A DNA stretch of 64,000 bases, taken from assembly GCA_030390025.1 (NCBI GenBank), contig JASTWF010000355.1:62001-126000 (forward strand), read 5' to 3'. A model generated the notes under the pieces. That model was not told where the DNA came from. It searched no databases and saw only the letters and a list, made by a program, of their open reading frames with translations. This document shows positions 46,380 to 58,879 of the stretch, piece after piece. The stretch's first letter is position 1. Every line of letters starts with the position of its first letter. Made by a program: the position numbers and the translations under genes. This stretch comes from Squalus acanthias (lineage: Eukaryota).

Positions 46380-46925
46380 TGAATTGCAGGCAGTAACTAG
46401 TGGGGAACCGCAGGGAACGGTGCTAGGACCCCAGCTATTAAGAATATATATTAATTATCTAGACAAGGGAATTAGATGTAATATCTGCAAGTTTGCAGAC
46501 GGCACAAAACTGGGTGGGGGTGTGTGTTGTGAGGAGGATGCAGAGAAACTCCAATATGATTTGGACAGGTTGGGTGATTGGGCAGATGCATGGCAGATGC
46601 AGTATAATGTGGATAAATGCCAGGTTATCCACTTTGGTAGCAAAGACAGGAGGGCAGATTATTATCTCAACGGCAGAAGATTGGGAGAAGGGGAAGTGCA
46701 ACGAGACCTGGGTGTCCTTGTGCACCAATCGCTGAAGGTAAGCATGCAGGTGCAGCAGGTGGTTAAGAAGGCAAAGGGTATATTGGCCTTCATAGCGAGA
46801 GGATTCGAGAACAGGAGCCAGGATGTCTTGCTGCAGTTATACAGGGCCTTGGTGGGACCAAAGCTTTAGTATTGTGTGCAGTTTTGGTCGCCTTATCTGA
46901 GGAAGGATGTTCTTGCCATGGAGGA
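46380..46925 (+). mobile_element. CR1 RT fragment
   Basis: ORF 46372-46869 reads VTSGEPQGTVLGPQL..KFADGTKLGG..KCQVIHFG. Confidence 0.92.
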
Positions 46926-46934
46926 AGAGCATAG

Positions 46935-48195
46935 AAGCACAAGAGCATAAAATATTGGAGCAGGAGTAGGCCATTCGGCCAGTCGAGCCTGCTCCGCCAT
47001 TTAATGAGATCATGGTTGATCATCCAAATTCAGTACCCTGTCCCTGCTTTCTCCCCATATCCGTTAATCCCTTTAGCCTTAAGAAATATATCTATCTCCT
47101 TCTTGAATATATTTAAGGAATTGGCCTCAACTGCCTTCTGTGGTAGAGAGTTTCACAGGTTCACCACTCTCTGGGTGAAGAAATTCCTCCTCATCTCAGT
47201 CCTAAATGGCTTACCCCTTATTCTTAGACTGTGACCTCTGGTTCTGGACTCACCCGTCCTCGGGAACATCCTTCCTGCATCTAGTCTGTTTAGTCCTTTT
47301 AGAATTTTATAAGTTTCAATGAGATCACCTTTCATTCTTCTAAACTCTAGCGAATACAAGCCCAATCGACACAATCTCTATTCATAGGTCATTCCTGCCA
47401 TCCCAGGTATCAGTTTGGTGAATCTTCGCTGCATTCCCTTCATGGCAAGAACATCCTTCCTCACATAAGGCGACCAAAACTGCACACAATACTCAAGGTG
47501 TAGTCTCAGCAATGCCCTGTATAACTGCAGCAAGACATCCTTGCTCCTGTACTCGAATCATCTCGCTATGAAGGCCAACATACCATTTGTCTTCTTAACC
47601 GCCTGCTGCACCTGCATGCTTACCTTCAGCGACTGGTGCACAAGGACACCCAGGTCTCGTTGCACTTCCCCTTTTCCCAATTTATTGCCGTTCAGATAAT
47701 AATCTGCCTTCCTGTTTTTGCCACCAAAGTGGATAACCTCTCATTTATCCACATTATACTGCATCTGCCAGGCATCTACCCAATCACTCAAACTGTCGAA
47801 ATCATACTGGAGTTTCTCTGCATCCTCCTCACAGCACACAGGCCCAATCAGCTTTGTGTCGTCTGCAAACTTGGACATATTACATCTAGTTCCCTCGTCT
47901 AGATCATGAATACCTATTGTGAATAACTGGGGTCCTAGCAACGATCCCTGCGGTACCCCACTAGTCACTGCCTGCCACTCGGAAAAAGACCCATTTATAC
48001 CAACTCTTTGCTTCCTGTCTGCCAACCAGTTCTCTATCCTAGTCAGTACCTTCCCCCAACCCCATGTGCTTTAAATTTGCACGCTAATCTCTTATGCGGG
48101 ACCTTATCGAAAGCCTTCTGTAAGTCCAAATACACCACATCCACTGGTTCTCCATTATCTATTCTACCAGTTGCATCCTCAAAAGATTCCAGCGG
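46935..48195 (-). mobile_element. CR1 RT 3' portion with tail, same subfamily as 46380-46925
   Basis: Reads YLDLQKAFDKVPH, VTSGVPQGSLLGP, FADDTK and FFTQRVVNL. Confidence 0.93.
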
Positions 48196-51027
48196 ACTGC
48201 AGCAATGCAATGGGGGAAGGGAAGCTCGGGGATCATCTCCGCGGGTGGTGAGTGCATGCACGAGTTCTGCTGCACAGGATTCGGATGCAGACCTCGATAT
48301 AGCGACCATGAATACGCAGCTGATGAACAGGCACACGGAGAACATGGGTACAATGGAAAGAATGCCCGACAGCATGGTTGCACTGGTTAGGAGAGTTGAG
48401 CAATCTGCCAGCAGCACAGCTGTCAACTGTGCACAAACCCTTGAACCCATCCTTGCCTTGTTGTAGAGGATGATTAAATTGCAGGGAGACCGTGGGGATC
48501 CAGAGCTCATGCCGCGTGTAATGTGTGAGGAGGCAGGATCTGTTGCAGCACAGTCCGACGCAGCACAATGGCTTATTGCTGCAATTAAGTAATTGGCTGG
48601 TGCCATCCAGTCTCAGACTGTTGCCATCCTCGCTGGGTCACCCACAGTCCACCGGCGATCTCACGGTACCGCTTGAAAAGCAATCTGTGCTCCGGATGCT
48701 GAGCTACTGCCCCGTGGGAGTGACAGTGTGTCGGTCGAGCAGGAAGGTGCTGTCCTCTCTCAGGATGACAGCATTCCTGCTCGCACCACTGCCACTTCCC
48801 CATTGCACTTGCCACGGCCTGTAACCCAGACAGCCCAGACTGCTGCCGCCCATGCAGAGTTGGTGCAGTCCACAGCCGGGCCCTCCAGGCCCAGAGCTGG
48901 TCGAGGGCGTCCTTCAAGGCCATCTGCAGTATCTGGATCCAACATTCAGCAGCCTTCCGCCAGCCTTGCTGCAACCACTGGGGCCACATTACAGAGGAGC
49001 AGTAGGGTGGGAAGGAGGGAAGTGTGCAGGGGATGGAGATCACCCTCGAATGCCGAAAACTAAAAATTATGCAATAAATGGAGGAATGTTTGTTGGAAAG
49101 TTTGATGTTCATCTAAATATATGTGTTTACTGTTTCGATGCTTATCTTGATGTGGTAAGAACGAGTTTTGCTAGTGTATGAATTCTTGTGTTTGTTTCTA
49201 ATTGTTTGTCCTGCATAAATAAGGCACAGATTCTTATATAAATAAAAACATTTATTGGAACTTTGCAACTTTCCTGATTTGACTCATTGGAGCTTTGCCC
49301 GGCAATAGGGGCTGCGGGATGTTTGCGATGATGTGTTTCTTGATCCCAGAAGCCATCTTCTCTGTCTTTCATCAGAAGTGGTGTCTTATCAGGCCCTTTC
49401 AGGGGGAACATCCCACGTTGGTGCTGCTGATCCTCCTCTTCATCCTCCACCTCCTCGCCCTCCTCCTCCTCTCCCTCTTCCTCCTGAGGTAGTGCAGCAA
49501 TCCCTAGTGGCAATGGTTGGGTCCTCATGATTGCAAGGTTGTGAAGCATACAGCACACAACAATCAAAAGCGAGACTCGCTCGGGTGACTACTGCAGGGC
49601 TCCTCCAGAGTGATCAAGATACCGGAACTATTGTTTCAAGACGCCGAACGTCTGCTCAATGAAGTTCCTGATGGCGCTATAGCTCAGAGTGCTGGGAGCA
49701 TTCTGGATTGTATTGCAGCTCAGCAGGAGTGTTGGGGTTACGGAGCGGTGACATCAGCCAGGTGCAGTGTAGATAGCCCGTGTCCCCGAGGAGCCATCCA
49801 CGAGGTTGATGCAGTGGTTGGAAGAGGTACACCGGTCTGGTACAGGTTAAAAGTATCATGGCTGCTGCCAGGATAGTGGGCATTGAGGGCGAGGAAGCGC
49901 TGTCTGTGGTCACACACCAACTGGATATTCAGTGAGTGAAAGCCCTTCAAGTTTTGAAACACCTCTACATTGTCATGAGGTACCTGCAATGCCACATGGG
50001 TGCTGTCAATGGCACCCTGAATCATGGGGAAGCCCGCTAACCTAGCAAAGCCACATGCACGACCGCGCTGTTTCTCCCAGATCAGGGGGAAAGAGATGTA
50101 CTCCCTTCTCCTTTTGTAGATAGCATTTGTGACCTCCCGAATGCAGCATTGGACAGAGAACTGGGAGATATTCGCTCTGTCGCGAGTTGAAGCCTGGAAG
50201 GAGCCGCTGGCATAGAAATTCAGAGCCACCGTCACCTTCACTGCCACCGACAGAGAGGTCCTGGTCCTGAGCTGAGGCTGCAGGTCTGGTTGCAGGAGGT
50301 GGCTGAGCTCAGTGAACACCTCCTTGCTGAAGCTCAGCATTCTGAAACACTGCTCCTCAGAGAAATGGATATAGGAGGAGAATTGCTGCCGGAACACCCA
50401 GGGAGAGTAAGGTCTCCTGTGCAGAGGCCTATTGGTCCTCCTCCCTCTGGCCACGTTTGCCACTCTCTCTCTCTACGCCTCTGCTGCCTCCTAAGGTGAA
50501 GCTGGAGGATGACACCCCAAGTTAGTACAGCCCCCATTTAAAATGTTCTAAATGTGGTAAATACGAAGCTCAGAGAAATAGGAAGATGAAAAGTGTTGCT
50601 CAGGACCCAAACTCCTTAGGACTGCGTTCAATCTCTCCAGACGTCTCTCTCCTTCTCAACCTGTGTATGCCAAAGATTTTGCCAACAAGAAAAAGCAGGA
50701 AGCGCACGCCTAAAAATAGCGCTCCCGCAGCTCCTTCCCTTCTTCAAAACGTTCCCCTCTACCTGTTGTTCCTAGCGGCAAGCGGTAAGGGAGGGCACGA
50801 TAATTAATTTCCGGTCCGGGGCGCTACCGGGACGTTGCACGCTCGCATGACTTCACGGTCTGCGGGCACAGGTGACCGAGGCGGTAATGTTTAGCACCAC
50901 CGCAAAACGACAGCTCAATTTGCCGAGTGGCGCAAAAATCGCTGCACTCGGGCAGTAAGTTGCTGTGCAGCATTAGCGCCCTTCAGATGCGCTAAAGAGA
51001 GGCGCTAACCAAATGAATGTTTCCCCC
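48196..51027. mobile_element. PIF/Harbinger DNA transposon, left end truncated
   Basis: Minus-strand transposase plus a convergent + strand low-complexity second-ORF remnant (48196-49063). GC-rich subterminal region at 50690-51010, ending GAATGTTTCCCCC|TCA. Confidence 0.82.
49450..50537 (-). pseudogene. Harbinger (HARBI1-like) DDE transposase, frameshifted
   Basis: [32 protein letters not shown] and YPGSSHD, then after frameshifts WLLGDTGY and IVVCCMLHNLA. Confidence 0.88.
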
Positions 51028-52221
51028 TCAGACTCTTATTTTTGAAGGAGTAGCTCGGCTCCTTATTCCTGTCACCAAAATGCACCACCTCACGTTACCC
51101 ATATTGAAATTAATTTCTCATTTACATGCCCATTCTGCAAGTTTGTTTATGGTAGAATTAATTAAAAGCTTTTAGTTCATCATGTGCAAACTCTACTTAA
51201 ACAAAAATTTGTCAGAAATGACTGGGATATAAAACAACTGCAGAATAATGAATTAACACTTCGGAAACGTCACTCAGTCACACATCGACAAACAATCCAA
51301 AAGCCCAAGGTGAGCTGAATGAGGCAGATCTATTCGTGCAATTTGTATTAATGTTAAAGTTTTCAACGTATTAGCCCATCCCTCATGTCACTATAGCAAT
51401 GGCTGCACAAGCAGCGGGAGCAGCGGCTTTCCTATGGCGCTGACGTGCTGTACGTCCAGATATGTCATCAGAATATTAATCACAATGCAACCAGACAACC
51501 AAAAAATATAAAGTGCTGTAGTTCTTTAGTTCACAGTATTAGAAATAATTGAACAATAATGGGCATCCGTATTTCAAACTTCAAACTCTTCCATTAATAA
51601 ACGTGGTCTTGTTGAACCAGTACACCCCCCATGTAATATGTCAGAAATGCAGCTCTTTTTCACAAGTGCAGAAAAACACATACACAATGTGTGTCACTGA
51701 ATTAAATCAAAAAGCTGGAAAAGCAATGATTTAACACAAATAAATATTCATCATTCTTCCTGGACAAGAGAACCAATCAGACTGACTTGGAAATATTTAC
51801 TAATATGTTGATGTAAAGATGTTAATTTAAAAATTTTGCTTCCAATGTTTTTTCTCTCAAACATTCTCCACATTATTAATCCCTGCTCTTATCACGAAAA
51901 GTGTTGAATTATTTTAGATACTTACCAATTAAATAGCAGGAAATAAACTTCATGTTGCTCTCCATTTTTAATCTCCTCATTCAAACATTTATAGCAAATA
52001 TAAATTGTACATTATCAGTTCAATCAAAGTATTTTGTGTGTCTTTCTCAATAAACAAATAATGGTTTCATCTAAAGTAGCTTCCTGCATTTTTCATAGAT
52101 CAGTACAGAGTTCTTGTTTCTATTAACACTCCACTAAACATTTAAGAGAAAATCTATATTTACATTATTCCTGTGACTTGTTCAGACTATAGAACGACAG
52201 ACACAATGAAAACGTTCACAA

Positions 52222-52628
52222 TAGCAAAATACAGCGGATGCTGGAATCTGAAACATAAACAGGAAATGCTGGAAATTCTCAGCAGGTCAGGCAGCATCTG
52301 TGCAGAGAGAGAGAAACAAAGTTAACGTTTCAGGTCTGTGACCTTTCGTCCCAACTGAAAAAAGTTAGAGATGTAACAGATTTTAATCAGGTGCATAGAC
52401 CGGATTTAACCACTCCTGCCTTCCAACATATCACAGACCATCCCTTTTGTTCCTTCCTCCCCTCCCGCCTTTCCCTGCCTCTGCACCTGGTTAAAATCTG
52501 TTACAACTATAATATTTTCCAGTTCCGACGAAAGGTCACAGACCTGAAACGTTAAAGCTGTTTCTCTCTCTCTCTCCACAGATGCTGACAGACCTGCTGA
52601 GTATTTCCAGTATGTTCTGTTTTTATAT
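52222..52628. mobile_element. Fold-back (inverted pLTR) non-autonomous Penelope-like element
   Basis: Arms ~52252-52400 and ~52477-52628 are reverse complements. Each carries GACGAAAGGTCACAGACCTGAAACGTTAA. Same family as the pLTR at ~40060-40190. Confidence 0.82.
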
Positions 52629-53604
52629 TATATAAAATAAAATGGTTTGTGTTTTTCCACTTTTTTGGTTCTCTTTCTAAATGTCTTAATGCTATTTTTA
52701 AAAAGTAAATAAAAAGTAGGATGTAACTCCCCCCAAATCCATCACTGCCTTCCCCCTCCTCAACAGTATGGTTGCATGTTTGTGTGAAGCTACTCACTTC
52801 AGTCGATCGTTCAAAATCAAATATTGTAAAATTTCAATTATAAAATGTTTTAAGCGTTTCAGAGCCTCCTTAAAAACGTTCGGACTTCAAGACCCGCTTG
52901 AAACTTGTTTAGACGAGGGTAACAATGATTTATTATTGGTGCTTCCAAAATCATACCAGAAAATTAGGGTGAAAAAAGTGTTTTTAACATTAATTTTTTG
53001 TGAAAAGTTAATTAAAAGTCTTTAAATTCTTTCTAGTCTCATTGCAGCTTTGACAGAAGAAGTTGCTCCAAGTTTCTCTTTCCCTCTTCAATGCTGTCGT
53101 TAAACATGCAACAATAAAATAAAGTAAACTCTAACTCCAAACGGAGCTCAAATAAGAAAGTGAATAAAGTGATTAATCATCCAAAGAAGGCGGTGAGGTT
53201 TTCTCTCCTCAGTCTTGGTGATGAGTTGGGATCAGTTCTGGAGAAGTTGTTTCCTTTATTTCTGCTGTCGTTCCCTCCGTTTCTCACAGACTCGGAGGTA
53301 CAGACGGGTGACAATCTTTTCCCCCTCTCCCCATAACATTATAAAATAACCCTAATAAACTCTTTCAAAAAGGGGAAAATATCTGGCAAAATTTAACTGG
53401 AACGTACCGCGGGACATTCAACATCACTTTCCCGTATTTTTTGCGGATTTAAGTAATTTTCCGATTTAAAAAAAAATTCACTTAGGGCCTAAATGTTGTT
53501 TGCTTTCGCCTCCTTCCAGCGGCCCTTGTACATGGGCAGCAGCTCCACCTGTGTTGTTGTGAGACCCGGCTTAGTCCCGGGGAGTGGAACACATTATCCT
53601 GGAC

Positions 53605-53708
53605 CCTCACCCCTCTCTCTCTCGCTGTGTGCCCCTCTCCCTGTCCCTCCCTCTGTTTCACTCTCTATCGCCCTCTATCCCTGTCTCTCTCTCTAAATCT
53701 TCCTCTGT

Positions 53709-53764
<56 letters not shown>

Positions 53765-56440
53765 CCCTCTATCCCTGCCTCTCTCTCTCAATCTCCCTCT
53801 GTCCCAGTCTCTCTCTCTCTCTCTCTCTCTCTCCCTCTGTCCCTGTCTCTCTATCTCCCTCTATCCCTGTCTCTCTCTCAATCTCCCCCTGTCCCTCTCT
53901 CTCTCTCTCTCTGTATCTCAATCTCTCTTGCCCTCTGTCCCTGTCCCTCTCTCCATCTCCCCCTGCCCCTGTCTCTCTGTCCATCTGTCCCTCTCTCTCT
54001 CTCCGTCTCTCTCTCTCTCTCTCTCCCTCTGACCCTCTCTCTCTCTCTCTCTCTCTCTCCCTCTGCCCCTGTATCTCTCTCTATCTCCCTCTGTCCCTGT
54101 CTCTCTCTCCATATCCCTCTGTCTCTGTCTCTCTCTCCCTATCTCTCTCTGTCTGACTCTCTATCTCCCTCTGTCCCTCTCTCTCTCTCTGTCTGTCCCT
54201 CTCTCTCTTTCTCCCCCTCTGCCCCTGTCTCTCTCTCTATCTGTCCCTCTCTCTCTCTTTCTCCCCCTCTTTCCCTGTCTCTCTCTCTCCATCTGTCCCT
54301 GTCTCTCTCTCTCACCCTGCCAATCTGTCTCTGTCTCTCTCTCTCGTGACCTCCCTCTGTCATTGTCTCTCTCTCTCCCCCGGTCTCTCTCTGCCTCCTA
54401 CAGTCTCACCCTCTCCCAGTCTCTCTCTCTCCCTAGTCTCTCACTCTCCCCTAGTCTCCCACTTCCCCAGTCTCTCTCACACCCCCAGTCTATCCCTCCC
54501 TTGTTTCTCACTCTCCCCTTGTCTCTCCCTCTCTCCCCAGTCTCTCTCACACCCACAGTCTCTCCCTCCCTTGTCTCTCACTCTCCCCTAGTCTCTCTGT
54601 CTCTCTCCCAATATCTCTCTCTCTCCCCAGTCTCTCTCTCTCTCTCTCTCTCCCGTCTCTCTCTCGCCCCAGTCTCTCTCTCTCCCCAGTCTCTCTCTGT
54701 CTCTCTCCATCTCCACACGTCTCTCTGTCTCTCCCCAGATTCTCTCTCTCACAAGACTCTCTCTCTCTTTCCCAGTTCTCTCTCTCTCCCCCACTCTCTC
54801 TCCCACCTTTCTCTGACCCCCCAGTCTCTCTCCCTGTCTCTCTCTCTTCCCGTCTCTCTCTCGCTCCCCTGTCTCTCTCTCACTCCCGGTCTCTCTCTCC
54901 CCAGTCTCTCTCACCCCCAGTCTCTCTATCACCCCAGTCTCTCTCGCTCCCCAGGTTTTCTCTCTCCCTATTATCTCTCTCTCTCAGTCTCTCTCTCCCC
55001 AACCTCTCTCTCACCCCTCTCTCTCCTTCTCCCCGTCTCTCTCTCCACAGTCTATCTCTCCCTACCCTTTCTCTCTCTCCCCAGTCCCTCTCCCCCTCCC
55101 CGTCTCTCTCACTCCTGTCTCTCTCTCTCTCTTCCCTCTCTCTCACCCCAATCTCTCTCTCACCCCAGTCTCTCTCGCTTCCCAGTGTCTCTCTCTCCTC
55201 AGTCTCTGTTCTCCCAATCTCTTGCTCTCCCTCCCCACTCTCTTTCTCCCAGTCTCTCTCTCACAACCAGTCTCTCTCTCACCCCAGTCTCTCTCGCTCC
55301 CCAGTTCCCCTCTCTCTCTATTTTCTCTCTCTTTCTCTCTCTTCGGCTATCTCTCTCCCCCACTCTCTATCTCTCCCCCTCTTTCTCTCCCCGTCTATCT
55401 CTCCCCAGTCTCTCTCTCTCTCCCTCTCTCTATTCCATCTCTCTCTCGCTCCCCAGTCTCTCCATCTCTTCCAGTCTCTCTCTCGCTCCCCAGACTCTCT
55501 CTCTGTCACACGTCTCTCTCTCTCTTTTTCACTCTCCATGTCTCTCTTACTCAGCATTCTCTTTCTCACCCCCTTTATCTCTCTCTCCCCCGTCTCTCTC
55601 TTTCCCAGTCTCTCTCCCCTGTTCTCTCTCTCTCCCCAATCTATCTCCCCATCTCTCTCCCAGTCTCCATCTCTCCCCAGAATCTCTCACTCCCCCTCAC
55701 TCTCTCTCCTAGTCTCTCTCTCCCCAGTCTCTCTCTCTATCTCTCTCCCGCTCTCTCTTGTCTCTGTCTCGCTCCCCAGTCTCTCCGCCGTCTCTCTCTC
55801 CCAGTCTCTCTCTCTCTCCACATCTCTCTCTCCCCCAGTCTGTAGCTTCCTGCCAGACTCTCTCTCTCCCTCCATTATCTCTTTCTCCCAGTCTCTCTCT
55901 CTCCCCACTATCTCTCTCTCTCACTCTCCCTCTCCCCGTCTCTCTCTCATCCTCTTTCTCTCTCCTAGTCTCTCTCTCTCACCCTCTCTCTCTCAATCTC
56001 TCTCTCGCAGTCTCTCTCTGCAGTCTCTCTCCCCAATTTATGTCTCTCACCCTCTCTCTCGCTCTCGCAATCTCTCTCCTGATTCTCTATCTCTCTCCCT
56101 CTCTCTCCCAGTCTCTCCTTCCCCAGTCTCTCTTTTTCACAGTCCCTCTCTCCCATTCTCTCGCGCCCCGTCTCTCTCTCTCTCTCTCAGTCTCTCTCTC
56201 ACCCTTTCTCTCCCCAGTCTCTCTCTCTCTCCCCAGTCTCTCTCTCTCTCCAGAATCTCTCTCTCCTCTAATCTCTGTCTCTCTCCCCAGTCACTCTTTC
56301 TCTTTCCCCCGAGTGTATCTCTCTCTCCACAGTCTCTCACTCTCATCTAATCGCTGTCTCTCTCACCAGTCTCCCTCCCTGGCTCTCTCTCTTCCAGTCT
56401 GCCTTTCTCCCCACTATCTGTCTCTCTCCCCGTCTCTCTC
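53605..56440. repeat. ~2.8-kb CT-rich polypyrimidine tract: (TC)n/CTGTCC units, then CCCAGTCTCTCT units
   Basis: Low complexity, with an almost purely pyrimidine + strand. Confidence 0.96.
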
Positions 56441-57103
56441 ATAATATGATTGAATTTTCCATTCAGTTTGAGAGAGAGAAGTGTGGGTCCAAGACTAGTA
56501 TTTTAAACTTAAATAAGGGCATTAAGAGGTCATGAAATCAGAGCTAGCTAAAGTGAACTGGCAAATTAGGTTAAGAGATAGTTCAACAGAGACATTTAAG
56601 GGGATATTTCAAAATACACGGAATATATACATTCCAACAAGAACGAAAAATTCCCAGGGGAGGACTCGCCATTCGTGGTTAACTAAAACATTTAAAGGTA
56701 TTAAACTTAACGAAAAAAAATATAATTGGGCAAAGATGGGTGGCAGGTCAGAAGATTTAACAGAATATAAAAATCAGAAAGGAATGCCTAAAAGATTAAT
56801 AAGGAGAGGAATATTAGAGTACGAGAGAAAGCCAGCTAGAAATTTAAAAACAGTTAGTAAGAGTTTCTATAGATATTTAAAAAGAAAAGAGTTAACAAAG
56901 TGAGCGTTGGTACTATCAAAAGTGAGTCTGGGGAATTAATAATGGAAAATCAGGAGATGGCAGTTGAATTGAACAGTTTATTTTGAATCGGTCTTCACTA
57001 TAGAGGATACAAGTAACATTCCAGAAATAAATGTAAATCAGGAAGTGGAAGGGAAGGAGGAACTCAAGAAAATTATAATCTTCAGGGAAGTGGTGGTAAG
57101 CAA
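56441..57103 (+). mobile_element. CR1 ORF2 fragment (post-endonuclease region)
   Basis: Reads HNMIEF..MKSELAKVNWQ..LEYERKPARNLKTVSKSFYRYLK. Confidence 0.85.
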
Positions 57104-58037
57104 CTGGACAGATGCATCTGCGACAGGTAGATTGGTGAGGACGAGGTAAAGTAGGTTTCCCACTCATGTTGGTTCTCTCACCAACTGTCGCAGGTCCAGA
57201 CTTGCAGTTATGTCCTTCAGGACTCGGCCAGCAGTGGTGCTAGCGAGCCACATCTTGGTGATGGACATTGAAGGCCCCCACCCAGAGTACATTCTGTGCC
57301 CTTGCTACTCTCAGTGCTTCTTCCAAGTGATGTTCAACATGGCGGAGTACTGATTGATCAGCTGAGGAAGGGTGGTAGGTTGTAATCAGCAGGAGGTTTT
57401 GCTTGCCCGGAGTCAATGATGAGGACTCCTTGGGCCAGTCCTTCCCGACTGTTTCCAACGGTGCCGCCACCCGTGGTGGGGCAGGACATACCCAATGGAA
57501 GGTGAAGGAGGAGTTTGGCACGTTGGCTGAAAGGTATGATTCGGTGAGTATGACAATGTCAGGCTGTTGCTTGACTGGCCTGTGGGATAGTTCTCCCAAT
57601 TTTGGCACAAGTCCCCAGATGTTGGTGAGGTGGAATTTGCAGGGTCGACTGGGCTGGGTGTGCCGTTGCCATGTACGGAGCCAGTTCCGAGGTCGATGCC
57701 GGGTGGTTCTTCCAGTTTCATTCTTATTATTTTGTTTCGTAGTGGTTAGTTACAACTGAGGGCAATTAAGAATCAACCACATTCCCGTGGGTCTGGAGTC
57801 ACATATAGGCCAGACCAGGTAAGGACGGCAGATTTCCTTCCCTAAAAGAAATTAATGAACCAGATGGGTTTTTACGACAATCCGATAGTTTCATAGTTAT
57901 CATTACTGATACTAGCTTTTTATTCCAGATTTATTTAATTAACTGAAATTAAATTCCCCAGCTGCCGCGGTGGGATTTGAACTCACGTCTCCGGATCATT
58001 AGTCCAGATGACATTACCACTACGCTACCGTTCCCGT
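57104..58037 (-). mobile_element. 5' part of the tRNA-headed LINE family (head, UTR, APE start)
   Basis: Minus-strand head GGGAACGGTAGCGTAGTGGTAATGTCATCTGGACTAATGATCCGGAGACGTGAGTTCAAATCCCACCGCGGCAGC has A and B boxes. It leads into PKLGELSHRPVKQQPDIVILTESYL. Confidence 0.85.
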
Positions 58038-58039
58038 TA

Positions 58040-58400
58040 TTAGTAGAGCCGCACTGTGTAACTCAGTGAGGACATTACGTTCCCTGGAGTGGAACGATGA
58101 GACTCCGCAGGACGTTGACATCATTCTGGGGAGCGCCTCTCTTTGGGTTGAATTATAATGAGGCGGCCAAAGCTGCAGCTCGTGTTCTAACTGTGGCCGA
58201 ACCAAAGCCTCGCCCAAATGCATTATTACTTGTTGCTGTTGCGCTCAATGTCCCTCTCTGTTATACTCGAATCCCTGCTGCTTTTATTATGGATTTACTC
58301 TCTGTACCCGTACTGTCAGGGAATTAAATCTGTAAATCCCGAGATCTGGCTGTTCATCCTCGCCTTTCATTCCATTCAGAACTTCTTCCCATCCCTTGTT
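58040..58400 (-). mobile_element. Very old CR1 fragment
   Basis: ALVRPQLEHELQLWPPHYN resembles the CR1 motif LVRPHLEYCVQFWSPHY. Confidence 0.55.
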
Positions 58401-58879
58401 ATTCTCACCGGAATGTGAGGGTAGATCACCTGTGAACAGCGAGTTACTGACTCAAACTGGTGACATGTTCTCAATGAGTTGGAACAATATGTGTCCAGGA
58501 ACTAAGACGATGCTCACCAAATATGCTTTAGAAGGACCTGCAAAGGGTCAGCAGAACACCGACTTTATACCATTTGGAAGACTGATTGAGAGCAGAATAT
58601 CAATATTGTTGCTCCTCATTGTTTAGTCACGAGAACAACCTTCATTTTTCAACAATACATTTTCATTTTCAGTAACTATCCTTAAACAGAGATACCTAAC
58701 ATTACTTTGACAACTCAAGTTCCACCTGCCTCCATCATTAGAGCACTTATCAGCAGACAGGTCAGGGTTCAATTGGGACAGTAGACAATGGGATCTGATG
58801 GGGAGACTGGAGCCTGCAATATTCTGAACAAACATCCACAACATTTACAAATAACTACCATTAAAAGACTCCTGACTTT

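Noticed and set aside
49738..50463. Domesticated host gene HARBI1
   Set aside because: It is frameshifted before the second catalytic Asp and embedded in a transposon with a terminal repeat and second ORF.
53584..56444. Long ORFs of up to 449 aa (S/L/P-rich or R/E-rich)
   Set aside because: Artefact of CT microsatellite sequence lacking stop codons.
58623..58844. Cys-containing minus-strand ORF with a possible acceptor site
   Set aside because: No recognisable domain, a weak donor and no partner exons.
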